Source: an uncultured Gemmatimonadales bacterium (GTDB lineage: Bacteria > Gemmatimonadota > Gemmatimonadetes > Palauibacterales > Palauibacteraceae). From it: a stretch of DNA of 64,000 nucleotides. Below are positions 9,719 through 20,148 of this stretch, piece after piece (position 1 is the stretch's first letter; every line of letters begins with the position of its first letter). The translations under genes were made by a program, and so were the position numbers. Location: positions 640,001 through 704,000 of the forward strand of contig CAWANJ010000001.1 in assembly GCA_963783385.1 (NCBI GenBank). The letters are read 5' to 3'. Under the pieces are notes generated by a model. It saw only the letters and a program-made list of their open reading frames with translations. It did no database searches and was not told where the DNA came from.

Positions 9719-11458
9719 CTAGGCCGCCGTCTCCTTGATGACTTCCTCGAGCGTGGTGACGCCACGCTTGACCTTCAGCATCCCGTCCTGGCGCAGGGTG
9801 AGCATGCCATTGTCGACGGCCTCGGACTTGAGGTCGTCCGCCGACACGCCCTGCAGCACCATCCGCCGCAACGTGCGTGTCATCGGCATGACCTCGTACA
9901 GCCCCTGCCGGCCCGAATAGCCCGACGAGTCGCACGCATCGCACCCCTCGCCCTTGTATAGCGTCATGCCGTCCAGGCTGCCCGGCTTGAGGCCGGCGGC
10001 CTCGAGGTACTCGGGCGGGTAGTGCGCCTCGGCCTTGCAGTTGTTGCAGATTCTCCGAACCAGCCGCTGGGCGGTGATCACGTTGAGGGCCGAGGCGACG
10101 TTGAAGGGCTCGACGCCCATGTCGATCAGTCGCGTGATCGTCGACGCCGCGTCGTTGGTGTGCAGCGTCGACAGCACCAGGTGGCCGGTGAGGGCCGCCT
10201 TGATGGCGATGCCGCCCGTCTCGAGATCCCGCACCTCCCCCACCATGATGATGTTGGGGTCCTGGCGCAGGAAGGCGCGCAGGGCGGCCGCGAAAGTGAG
10301 GCCGATGTCCGAGCGGACCTGCACCTGGTTGATGCCGTGCAGGTTGTACTCCACCGGGTCCTCCGCCGTCATGATGTTGACGGCCGTGTTGTTGATCTTG
10401 TGCAGGGCGCTGTACAGCGTGGTCGTCTTACCCGAGCCCGTCGGCCCGGTGACCAGGACCATCCCGTAGGGATTCATGATGGCCGAGAGGAAGTCCTGCT
10501 CGGCCTTGGGCTCCATCCCGAACTTCTCGAGGTCCAGGGTGAGGTTCCCCTTGTCCAGGATGCGGAGCACGATCTTCTCGCCGTGAATGACCGGCAGGGT
10601 CGAGACGCGGAAGTCGATGACCCGGCTGCCGATCTTCATCTTGATGCGGCCGTCCTGGGGTACGCGGCGCTCAGCAATGTTGAGGTCCGCGAGGATCTTG
10701 ACGCGCGAGGTGAGAGCCGCCTTCATGCGACGCGGCGGCTTCATGATCTCGTGCAGGGCGCCGTCGATCCGGTAGCGGACCCTGAGTTCCCGTTCGTAGG
10801 GCTCGATGTGGATGTCGGAGGCCCCGCGGCGCACGGCGTCGGTGAGCACGCCGTTGATGAGCCGCACCACCGGAGCGTCGTCGACCTGCGCCCGCAGCTG
10901 GCCGGCGCTGATTTCCTCCTCCTCGTCGTCCTCGACGAGCTGGACCTCCTGCTCCTCGAGCTCCTCGAGCAGGTTGCCGAGCCGGGCGGTCGCGATGTCG
11001 TAGTGTCGCTCGATCGCCTGGCGGAGGGAGTACTCGCCCGCCACGACCGGCTCGATGTCGAAGCGCGTGATGAACTTGAGGTCGTCCACCACGTTGAGGT
11101 CGGTCGGGTCCGCCATGGCCACCGTGAGCGCCCGGCCCACGCGCCGTAGCGGGAACACGAGGTGCTTGCTGGCGAACTCCGCGGGGATGAGCCGCAGGAT
11201 CTTCGGATCGATCTCGATCTCGCTCAAGTCGACGGCCTCGACCTGGAACTGGCGGGCGAGGACCTCGGTGAGCTGCTCCTCGGTCACGTAGCCCATGGCC
11301 ACGACGCAGTACCCGAGCCGCGTGCCGTTGCGGCTCTGTTCGAGCAGCGCCTGCTCGAGCTGCTCGGGGGTCAGGAGTTCCTCCTGGAGCAGAAGCTCGC
11401 CTATGCGCTTCTCGCTGGGCGAGATATCGGGCCTCTGGAGGACGCCGTGGGTGCTCAT
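9719..11458 (-). CDS. pilB: Type IV pilus assembly ATPase PilB
   Basis: N-terminal RIGELL (MshEN-like), ASDIHIEP, GPTGSGKTTTLY, LRQDPN, two CxxC pairs. Confidence 0.95.
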   Translation of the reverse strand: MSTHGVLQRPDISPSEKRIGELLLQEELLTPEQLEQALLEQSRNGTRLGYCVVAMGYVTEEQLTEVLARQFQVEAVDLSEIEIDPKILRLIPAEFASKHLVFPLRRVGRALTVAMADPTDLNVVDDLKFITRFDIEPVVAGEYSLRQAIERHYDIATARLGNLLEELEEQEVQLVEDDEEEEISAGQLRAQVDDAPVVRLINGVLTDAVRRGASDIHIEPYERELRVRYRIDGALHEIMKPPRRMKAALTSRVKILADLNIAERRVPQDGRIKMKIGSRVIDFRVSTLPVIHGEKIVLRILDKGNLTLDLEKFGMEPKAEQDFLSAIMNPYGMVLVTGPTGSGKTTTLYSALHKINNTAVNIMTAEDPVEYNLHGINQVQVRSDIGLTFAAALRAFLRQDPNIIMVGEVRDLETGGIAIKAALTGHLVLSTLHTNDAASTITRLIDMGVEPFNVASALNVITAQRLVRRICNNCKAEAHYPPEYLEAAGLKPGSLDGMTLYKGEGCDACDSSGYSGRQGLYEVMPMTRTLRRMVLQGVSADDLKSEAVDNGMLTLRQDGMLKVKRGVTTLEEVIKETAA

Positions 11459-11510
11459 GGAGTGTGAGGCAGCCTCGGAAAGCGGGATCGGGACGCCAGA
11501 GCGGCGTTAC

Positions 11511-11539
11511 AAGCTAGACGTGGGGCCGCATACCGTCAA
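11511..11539 (-). promoter_or_regulatory. Sigma-70-type promoter for pilB
   Basis: Minus strand TTGACG-17 nt-TAGCTT. Confidence 0.55.
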
Positions 11540-11563
11540 GAATGGTGCCGGCGCCTTCATGGA

Positions 11564-11587
11564 GCCTCCGCCGGGGCCGGCGGAGGC
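11564..11587 (-). terminator. Hairpin between comEA and pilB
   Basis: Inverted repeat gcctccgccgg/ccggcggaggc. Confidence 0.4.
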
Positions 11588-11622
11588 GCACTAAGTCTTG
11601 TAAAATACTGTTTTATAATGTC

Positions 11623-12390
11623 TTAGCGCACCAGGACGAGATCCCTGATGAGATCGAAGCGCGCCGGCCCGATTCCGGGCACTTTGCGAAGCTTCTGGAC
11701 ATCTTTGAACGGTCCCTCACGATCGCGCATACGCACAATGCGGCGGGCAATGGCGGGCCCGACGCCCGGCAGCTGCCGAAGTTGTTCCTCGGTGGCCGCG
11801 TTGAGGTCGAGACGCGGCCGGTCGGGCTCCCCGCTCCCGTCGGAGCCGCCGAGCCGCGGAGCGGACTCCCGCCGCGAGTCCCCGTTGGTGCGCTCCGGTG
11901 CGGCCCGATCCGCCTCGGGTGGACGCTCGAAGTAGGGGAGCGAGTGGTCCAGGAGGTAGGGCAGGATCCTGTTCACGCGCTTGGCTCCCAGTCCAGGGAC
12001 CCGGGACAGGTCATCCGGGCGGGCGAACCCGCCACTGCGCTCGCGCTCCCTCACAATGCGGCGCGCCGTGGCCGGACCCACGCCCGGGAGCCGCTCGAGC
12101 TCCTCGGGGGGGGCGCGATTGATGTCGATCCGTTCCCCCGGCGCCAGGGGCGTGGCGGCCCGCCGCGAGCGCGCCAGGTTCCGATCGACCCCGGCGCGCA
12201 CGTGCTCGAGCGGCGGCCGTCCCGCTCCACCCTTCCGGCCCGACTCGCTTCGCTCATCGCTTGACTCCCAGCTGAACGTCGCGGGACCCGGGCCGAGTCC
12301 CGCCCGGACCGCCCCGCCCAGGACGAGGAGCGCGGCCCCCAGCAGCAGGGCCCGCCTCTCCGGGCGGTTCATCTCGAACATCGGCGTCAT
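11623..12390 (-). CDS. comEA: ComEA-family DNA-binding protein with two HhH domains
   Basis: N-terminal TM; IDINRAPPEELERLPGVGPATARRIV and LDLNAATEEQLRQLPGVGPAIARRIV. Confidence 0.85.
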   Translation of the reverse strand: MTPMFEMNRPERRALLLGAALLVLGGAVRAGLGPGPATFSWESSDERSESGRKGGAGRPPLEHVRAGVDRNLARSRRAATPLAPGERIDINRAPPEELERLPGVGPATARRIVRERERSGGFARPDDLSRVPGLGAKRVNRILPYLLDHSLPYFERPPEADRAAPERTNGDSRRESAPRLGGSDGSGEPDRPRLDLNAATEEQLRQLPGVGPAIARRIVRMRDREGPFKDVQKLRKVPGIGPARFDLIRDLVLVR

Positions 12391-12452
12391 CCTCCGACTC
12401 GGAGGAAGAGGCTATCGAGGCGGTGTCATCCGACTATCAACGGGGAGGGGGA

Positions 12453-13091
12453 CTAGAAGCTGAAGGTGAGCTCCGCCCAGGCGGCCACGGGCCGGTCGCC
12501 CATCCGGGCCGGGCGGAAGCTCATGCGGAGCACCTTCTGCTGGAGGCGGCGGTTGAAGGCGTCGTCGGCGGTGGGCGGAGACAGGACCACGGGCGCTCTC
12601 GGGCGCCCCAGGGAGTCCACCCGTACGTGCACCGTCACGCTGGTCCCGCGCACCGCGGGAGGGGGGTCCCAGGCCGGGTAGAGGGAACGCGGCTCGGGCG
12701 GCTGCAGGCGCACCGCCTCGCCGGGCGGAGCGCCCCCGCCGCCGGGCGGCATCCCCGCGGCCGGCCTGACGAGGCTGACGGCGACGGCCGGCCCGCCGTC
12801 CGAGCGTGGCGCCACCACCCGCGGCAGGTCCCGGACGGCGATCGGCGGAGGCGGCGACGGGATGCGCACGGGCTCGGTCGAGGGCAGGCGGACCACCTGC
12901 ATGGCGTCGCGGGGGGCGAGCCGGGGCGCTGCCGCCCGGGAGGGGTCCGCGTCCGCCCGGCCGGCCGGCGCGGCCCGCCAGGCCAGGAAGACGCCGGCAT
13001 GCACCAGGACGGAGCCGACCAGGCCCCACGCCAGTATACGGCGGAAGCGCCGGTCGTTCCGCTCCGTGGCCAGCTCGTACGAAGGTCGCAC
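12453..13091 (-). CDS. TonB-like protein
   Basis: TM with SVLVH (SxxxH), Pro-rich linker, C-terminal VTVHVRVDSLG...FRPARMGDRPV; GTG start at 13091 inferred. Confidence 0.65.
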   Translation of the reverse strand: MRPSYELATERNDRRFRRILAWGLVGSVLVHAGVFLAWRAAPAGRADADPSRAAAPRLAPRDAMQVVRLPSTEPVRIPSPPPPIAVRDLPRVVAPRSDGGPAVAVSLVRPAAGMPPGGGGAPPGEAVRLQPPEPRSLYPAWDPPPAVRGTSVTVHVRVDSLGRPRAPVVLSPPTADDAFNRRLQQKVLRMSFRPARMGDRPVAAWAELTFSF

Positions 13092-13237
13092 CCTCGAGAT
13101 CCCCCTCCGGGGCTCCTGTCGCGTGGGTCCCGTCCCGTCTTGTTGTAGCGGGCCCGGGACCCGAGGTTCCTCCGGGCTCCCGCCGGCGCCCCCATCTGCT
13201 TGCCCCTCCGCCTCGCAGGCCGGCAGATTGGCCCACC

Positions 13238-14269
13238 ATGAAAGCCATCGTGAAAGCCGCCCCCGAGCCGGGGCTCGAGATTCGGGATGTCGAGCGTCCA
13301 TCCCTCCCGGAGAACGCGGTGCGCATCCGCGTGCGCCGGGCCGGAATCTGCGGAACGGACCTGCACATTTACCAGTGGGACCACTGGTCCCGGAACCGTA
13401 TCCATCCCCCCCTCGTCCTGGGCCACGAGTTCATGGGCGAGGTCGTGGAGCTGGGGTCGCTGGTCTCCAACGTGGCGGTCGGGGACCGGGTGGCGGCCGA
13501 GGGCCACATCGTGTGCGGACACTGCGAGCTGTGCCGCACGGGGAACGGGCACGTATGCCGGGACACCTCGATCATCGGGGTCGATCGGGACGGGGCCTTC
13601 GCCGAAGAAGTGGTCATGCCGGCCACCAACCTCATCCCGATCCCCGACTCCATCTCCGACGACCACGCGGCGGTGTTCGACCCGCTGGGGAACGCCTTCC
13701 ACACGGTCCTGCACGACGACGTGGCCGGGAAGACGGTGGCGATCGTGGGCTGCGGCCCGATCGGCCTGTTCGCCGTCGGGGTGGCGCGAGCGGCCGGGGC
13801 GGCCCGGGTCGTGGCCATCGAGCCGACCGCAGACCGGCTGGAGATCGCCCGGCGCATGGGCGCCGACGACCTGATCGATCCCGGCGAGGTCGACCCGGTG
13901 GAGGCCGTCCGGGAGCTGACCCACGGCTACGGCGCGGACGTAGTGTGCGAGATGAGCGGGAGCCCCGCCGGGATCCGGGCGGGCCTGAAGCTGTGCCGGA
14001 ACGCGGGCAGCGTGCGTCTCCTCGGGCTCCCCAGGGATGACGTGGAGCTCGACCTGGCGGCGGACGTGATCTTCAAGGGGCTCGACATCTACGGCGTCGT
14101 GGGTCGACGCATGTACCGGACGTGGATCCAGATGCGGAACTTCCTGGCCGCCGGGCTCCTGGACATCGACCCCGTCCTCACCCACCGCCTGCCGATGGAG
14201 CGGTTCGAGGAGGGGATCCGCGCCATGGAGAGCGGCGAGGCCGCCAAGGTCGTCCTCGAGATCACATGA
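13238..14269 (+). CDS. tdh: L-threonine 3-dehydrogenase
   Basis: GICGTDLHIY, GHEF, EGHIVCGHCELC, FDPLGNAFHT, GCGPIG, GRRMYRTW. Confidence 0.93.
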   Translation: MKAIVKAAPEPGLEIRDVERPSLPENAVRIRVRRAGICGTDLHIYQWDHWSRNRIHPPLVLGHEFMGEVVELGSLVSNVAVGDRVAAEGHIVCGHCELCRTGNGHVCRDTSIIGVDRDGAFAEEVVMPATNLIPIPDSISDDHAAVFDPLGNAFHTVLHDDVAGKTVAIVGCGPIGLFAVGVARAAGAARVVAIEPTADRLEIARRMGADDLIDPGEVDPVEAVRELTHGYGADVVCEMSGSPAGIRAGLKLCRNAGSVRLLGLPRDDVELDLAADVIFKGLDIYGVVGRRMYRTWIQMRNFLAAGLLDIDPVLTHRLPMERFEEGIRAMESGEAAKVVLEIT

Positions 14270-14940
14270 GGAGGCCCGCGGCCGCCGCCCTCGTCCCTCT
14301 GGCGATCGGCTGCGGGCTGCTGGCGGCCGGCTGCGGCGAGGGAACGCCCACGGAGGGACCGGCCCGGGTCACGTGGGTGGCCTACCCCGAGACGGTCGTC
14401 GCCGGAAAGGCCTTCCCGTTCGAGATCGCCGGGCCGGTGGGCCCCACCACCTGCGCCCGCCTCGACACCAGCGCGGTGACGATCTCCGACTCGGGTATCG
14501 TGGTCTCCGGGCGCCGCTCCGTGTACCACTCCTTCCTGTGCTCGCATACCCGGGTGAGCTTCTACGTGCCCCGGGCCCTGCGGGTCGAGCGGGCCGGCCT
14601 GTATCCGGTGCTCACACCCGAGAGGGCGGCGCTCGGCACGCTGGTCGCGGTCGACTCGGGCGCGTTCTCGTCCCTGCGGACCATCGGCGAGGGCACGGTC
14701 CAGCGGGGCGGCGGCTGCCTCCTGTTCGGCCCGGGCTGGGCCTCCAACCAGCGGCCCTTCTCCCTGCACGGCGTCCCCGCCCGGATCGTGGCGCTGGCCG
14801 GCACCGACTCGGTGGTCCGCGTCGTGGGAGACCTGGCCGGCTTCGACCAGTGCGGAGGGCTCGGCTCCCGGCCCGTCATCGCCGCCGACTCCGCCTCCGT
14901 CACCGGGCGGCTGGCCAGGGACTGGTACACCGGCGGCTGA
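14266..14940 (+). CDS. Putative lipoprotein, unknown function
   Basis: ATGA overlap with tdh; lipobox-like LAAGC; four further Cys. Confidence 0.65.
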   Translation: MRRPAAAALVPLAIGCGLLAAGCGEGTPTEGPARVTWVAYPETVVAGKAFPFEIAGPVGPTTCARLDTSAVTISDSGIVVSGRRSVYHSFLCSHTRVSFYVPRALRVERAGLYPVLTPERAALGTLVAVDSGAFSSLRTIGEGTVQRGGGCLLFGPGWASNQRPFSLHGVPARIVALAGTDSVVRVVGDLAGFDQCGGLGSRPVIAADSASVTGRLARDWYTGG

Positions 14941-15081
14941 TCCCGCTCCGGCCGTATCCGGTACACTTCGCCTCGTTAGGGACCCGGCACCGCGCCTTGC
15001 TCGCGGGCCGCGGGCCCACTAACTCCGCACCGGCGCCGGACCGGAGGATGCGCTCCGGGCGGTGGGAGAGAGCGCGCACCA

Positions 15082-15096
15082 TGGCACGATCCTGGC
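15082..15096 (+). promoter_or_regulatory. Candidate sigma-54 promoter upstream of the ClC gene
   Basis: TGGCACG-ATCC-TGGC has a perfect -24 element and GG-N10-GC spacing, about 90 nt before the ATG. Confidence 0.55.
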
Positions 15097-15185
15097 CGGG
15101 GCGCGACCCGCCGTCGGCGTAGCCTGACCTCCCGAGCGGGGGTTTCCGAATACATGACGATGGACGATCACACCGAGGACCGGAC

Positions 15186-17033
15186 ATGACAGTACGAGGG
15201 GAGCCGCCCGCGCAGGACGAGGACGACGAACCACACGCCCCGTCACAGCGCGGATCGGCGCCCGGCAGCGCCTACCGGACCGGATGGGTCTCGGTGCTCG
15301 CCGTGCTCGTGGGACTGTGCGCGGGCGGAGCGGCGTGGGTGCTGTACAGCCTCATCGGGCTGGTCACCAACTTCGTCTTCTACCAGCGGCTGGGCTTCGA
15401 CCTCCCCAGCCTGGCGCACCAGTCGCTGGGCCTGTGGATCCTGATCGTACCCTCCCTGGGCGGCCTGGTCGTGGGGCTCATGATCAAGTTCGGCACCAGC
15501 CGGGTCCGGGGGCACGGCATCCCCGAGGCCATGGAGGCGGTGCTCGCCAACCGGAGCCGCATCGCGCCCCGGGTGGCGATCCTCAAGCCCCTGTCGGCCG
15601 CGGTGGCGATCGGGACGGGCGGGCCGTTCGGGGCCGAGGGCCCGATCATCCAGACGGGCGGGGCGCTGGGCTCCGTGATCGGCCAGCTCATCGACACCAC
15701 CGCCGCGGAGCGCAAGGTCCTGCTGGCCTGCGGCGCGGGCGCGGGCATGGCGGCGGTGTTCGGGACGCCGATCGCCGGGATCATTCTGGCCATCGAGCTC
15801 CTCCTGTTCGAGTTCCGGTCGCGCTCGTTCATCCCGCTCGTCATCGCCACCACGCTGGCCACCGAGGTGCGCTACCACCTGCTGGGCCGGGGCCCGATCT
15901 TCCAGATGCAGCCCGCCCACTACGACGTGATCTCGGGGCTGCCCTTCTACCTGCTCCTCGGCCTGCTGTGCGGGCTGGTGGCGGTGGCGCTCACGGACGG
16001 GCTGTACCGGGTCGAGGATTTTTTCGAGAGCCTCTCCCTGGACGAGATGTGGTGGCCGGCGCTGGGCGGCCTGGTGCTGGGCGTATGCGGCTACCTCATG
16101 CCGCGGGTGCTCGGCGTGGGCTACGACACGATCACCGAGATCCTGAACGGCCACTTCGCCCTCGGGCTGCTGGCCGCGCTGCTCCTCCTCAAGAGCATCG
16201 CCTTCCTGGTGTCGCTGGGCTCGGGGACCTCGGGTGGCCTGCTGGCCCCCACCTTCATGGTGGGCGCCTCGCTGGGCGGCGCCTTCGCCCTGGCGGTGAA
16301 CGCGGTCGTTCCCGGTGCGCACCTGGATCCCGGGGCCTACGCGCTGGTGGGGATGGCCGCCGTGTTCGCGTCGGCCGCGCGGGCCACCTTCACCCTGTTC
16401 GTGTTCGCGTTCGAAATCACGCGGGACTTCAACTCGATCCTGCCTCTCATGCTGGTGTGCGTGATCGCCGACGCGGTGTCGATCAAGCTCATGAAGCAGA
16501 CGATCCTGACGCGAAAGCTCGCCCGCCGAGGCCTGACCGTGCCGCAGGAGTTCGAGGTCGACGCGTTGCAGCAGGTGACCGTAGGCGAGATGATGGACCG
16601 CGAGCCCCCGACGGTGCCCGCGTCCATGAAGCTGTCGGACCTGGCCGACAGGCTGGCCGACCAGGACCCCGAGCTGTCGCGGCACGAGGGGCTGCCGGTG
16701 GTGGACGCCGCCGGCCGGCTGGTCGGCATCGTCACGCACGGGGACGTGCTTCGGAGGCTCGAGCAGGGGGCGGACCGGGACATGGACGTGCTCTCGGTCG
16801 GCACCCGCGATCTGGTGGTGGCGTATCCCGACGAGCTCGTGCACGACGCGGTCCTCAAGATGCTGCACCACGACGTCGGTCGGCTGCCCGTGGTCGAGCG
16901 CAAGGACCCGGGACACCTGATCGGCTACCTGGGCCGCTCGGCCACGCTCGAGGCGCGGCTGCGGCGGCTCCAGGAGGAGCGGGAGCGGGAGCCGGGCTGG
17001 CTGCCCCTGTTCCGGCGGAGCGAGCACGGGTGA
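15186..17033 (+). CDS. ClC chloride channel/antiporter with CBS domains
   Basis: GHGIPE, GAEGP, SGTSGGLLAP, many TM helices, C-terminal CBS pair. Confidence 0.92.
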   Translation: MTVRGEPPAQDEDDEPHAPSQRGSAPGSAYRTGWVSVLAVLVGLCAGGAAWVLYSLIGLVTNFVFYQRLGFDLPSLAHQSLGLWILIVPSLGGLVVGLMIKFGTSRVRGHGIPEAMEAVLANRSRIAPRVAILKPLSAAVAIGTGGPFGAEGPIIQTGGALGSVIGQLIDTTAAERKVLLACGAGAGMAAVFGTPIAGIILAIELLLFEFRSRSFIPLVIATTLATEVRYHLLGRGPIFQMQPAHYDVISGLPFYLLLGLLCGLVAVALTDGLYRVEDFFESLSLDEMWWPALGGLVLGVCGYLMPRVLGVGYDTITEILNGHFALGLLAALLLLKSIAFLVSLGSGTSGGLLAPTFMVGASLGGAFALAVNAVVPGAHLDPGAYALVGMAAVFASAARATFTLFVFAFEITRDFNSILPLMLVCVIADAVSIKLMKQTILTRKLARRGLTVPQEFEVDALQQVTVGEMMDREPPTVPASMKLSDLADRLADQDPELSRHEGLPVVDAAGRLVGIVTHGDVLRRLEQGADRDMDVLSVGTRDLVVAYPDELVHDAVLKMLHHDVGRLPVVERKDPGHLIGYLGRSATLEARLRRLQEEREREPGWLPLFRRSEHG

Positions 17034-17081
17034 CGGGAAGCACGGACGGGAGGAGATGACATCACGGCAGCGGGAGGAGGC

Positions 17082-18272
<1,191 letters not shown>

Positions 18273-18285
18273 TCGTCGCCTCGCG

Positions 18286-18316
18286 TTGACACCCGGACGG
18301 GGAGCCTCTAGGCTCC
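18286..18316 (+). promoter_or_regulatory. Sigma-70 promoter with a palindrome over the -10 box
   Basis: TTGACA (18286-18291)-17 nt-TAGGCT (18309-18314); GGAGCCT-CT-AGGCTCC at 18301-18316. Confidence 0.65.
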
Positions 18317-18372
18317 GGGCGTTCGGGGTCCGGCGCGCGCCGGACCAATGGTCTCGTGACGAGAGCGGCCGC

Positions 18373-18750
18373 ATGGGGACGCAGCGGAGGCGGACAGTCG
18401 GGCCGGGCCTGCGCGCCCACCGCCTCGTGCGGCGGCCGGCCGCGACGTTCCTGTTCGCCCTGTTCGTGCTGGCCAACCCGGCCTACTTCTGCCCCATCAA
18501 CTGCCTGCTCCACCACCACGGGGAGCACGCCGCCCATCACGACGCCGCGATGATGGCCGACATGTGCCATCCGGGCCCCCAGCTCACGCGCCAGCAAGCC
18601 CCGGCGGGCCGGGAGCTGTCGCCGGCCGTCCCGGGCGTCGTGAGCGACCTGGCCACCACGACCCCGGAGGTCGGACGCGACGATTCCGGCTCCCTGGCCG
18701 TGGCCCTCTCCACCCGCGCCGCACCGACTCCGCCTCCTCCCAAAGCCTGA
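18373..18750 (+). CDS. Cys/His/Met-rich leader protein with polyproline C-terminus (CutF/CruR/DUF2946-like)
   Basis: Hydrophobic segment, CPINC, HHHGEHAAHH, MMADMCH, C-terminal RAAPTPPPPKA; alternative GTG start at 18427. Confidence 0.6.
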   Translation: MGTQRRRTVGPGLRAHRLVRRPAATFLFALFVLANPAYFCPINCLLHHHGEHAAHHDAAMMADMCHPGPQLTRQQAPAGRELSPAVPGVVSDLATTTPEVGRDDSGSLAVALSTRAAPTPPPPKA

Positions 18751-18890
18751 GCCCCCGGGCGCCCCGCACGGGCGCCGCCCGCGACACCCCGCACCGTCAG
18801 GACCGGACGGCCTGCCCGCCCCAGCCGGGACGAGCACGCCGCGCGGGAATCCGTCACCGGACAGGCACAGGCACACGGGAGGAACGACAG

Positions 18891-20096
18891 GTGGAACGAC
18901 GAACCCATAAGGAAACCGGACGGCGCCCGGCCGCGGCCGCCCTGGCCGCCGTCCTCGGCCTCGGGCTCGCCCTCGGACCGAGCGGCCTGCGCGCCCAGCA
19001 GAGCGACACCACGAAGAGCACCACCCAGGCCCTCGACCTGTCGGGGGGCGGAGGCGGCGACCAGAGCCTGGAGGACCTGACGGGAGAGAACGAGTTCCCG
19101 CTCCAGATCAGCGGCTTCGGGGTGGGCGACTACACCTACGACGGGCGGACGAAGGACAACACCTTCGCGGCCGGGAAGCTGGCGGTCGCCATGTTCAGGG
19201 AGCTGAGCGACTCCTTCTGGTTCTTCGGCCAGCTGACCACCTCCCTGAACACCGAGGGCGGCGGTGGGGGCGGCGAGGTCCCCACGGACATCGAGATCGA
19301 CAACCTGATCGTGAACTTCACGCCGCCGGGCGCCACCAACCTGAGCTTCAGCTTCGGGAAGTTCGACGCGCCGATCGGATTCGAGCGGGACGACGAGCCG
19401 CTGAACCTGCAGCCGACCGAGAGCTTCAACTACAGCTACGGCCGGCCGGCCAAGATGGTGGGTCTCATCGGTCGCTGGAACCTGACCCCGTCGGTGGACC
19501 TGGCCGGCTGGGTCGCTAACGGCTGGGACGCCCAGCTCTCCTCCCACCACGGCAAGACGCTGGGGCTGCGGCTGGGCACGCGGCCGACCGGGAACACGAG
19601 CTTCGGGCTGTCGGGATTGTACGGCCCCGAAGGGGACCCGGGCGACGCCTTCGACCGCTACCTGCTCACCTTCGACTACGCCCTCCAGCCCACGCCGGAC
19701 CTGATCGTGGCCGGGGAGGCCAACTGGGGCGGGGACCGGAGCGTGCTGGCCGACGGCTCGGACGCGCGCTGGTACGGCGGTCTGCTGACGCTGTTCGGCC
19801 GCTTCACCGAGCACTTCGGCACCACGGTCCGCGGCGAGCTGTTCCGCGACCGGAACGGCGCGCGCACGGGCGTGGCGCAGACGATGGAGTCGCTCACGAT
19901 CGCCCCGACCTACTTCCTGGGCACCGGGCGCGAGGGCATCTTCGCCAACGTCGAGCACACGACCTTCCGCATCCCGCGCTTCCAGCTCCGGACCGGACTG
20001 CGCTACAACCACTCCAACCAGCCCTTCTTCGAGACCAGCACGGGGCTGGACACGTGGAACATCGAGTACCTGGCCGAGCTGGTGGCCACTTTCTAG
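18891..20096 (+). CDS. Outer-membrane beta-barrel porin (BBP2/OmpL-like)
   Basis: GGGAGGA RBS plus GTG, signal peptide, FGKFDAPIGFE, VANGWD, C-terminal Phe. Confidence 0.8.
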   Translation: MERRTHKETGRRPAAAALAAVLGLGLALGPSGLRAQQSDTTKSTTQALDLSGGGGGDQSLEDLTGENEFPLQISGFGVGDYTYDGRTKDNTFAAGKLAVAMFRELSDSFWFFGQLTTSLNTEGGGGGGEVPTDIEIDNLIVNFTPPGATNLSFSFGKFDAPIGFERDDEPLNLQPTESFNYSYGRPAKMVGLIGRWNLTPSVDLAGWVANGWDAQLSSHHGKTLGLRLGTRPTGNTSFGLSGLYGPEGDPGDAFDRYLLTFDYALQPTPDLIVAGEANWGGDRSVLADGSDARWYGGLLTLFGRFTEHFGTTVRGELFRDRNGARTGVAQTMESLTIAPTYFLGTGREGIFANVEHTTFRIPRFQLRTGLRYNHSNQPFFETSTGLDTWNIEYLAELVATF

Positions 20097-20148
20097 GCGC
20101 CCGGAGCCCGACCCGCGGCGGCGCGACGCACGAGACGCGAGGAGCTCC

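Noticed and set aside
11588-11626. AT-rich segment as a dif site
   Set aside because: Does not fit the XerC/XerD 11-6-11 consensus.
14941-15185. Fluoride riboswitch upstream of the ClC gene
   Set aside because: No recognisable crcB-motif consensus, and the protein lacks fluoride-type ClC signatures.
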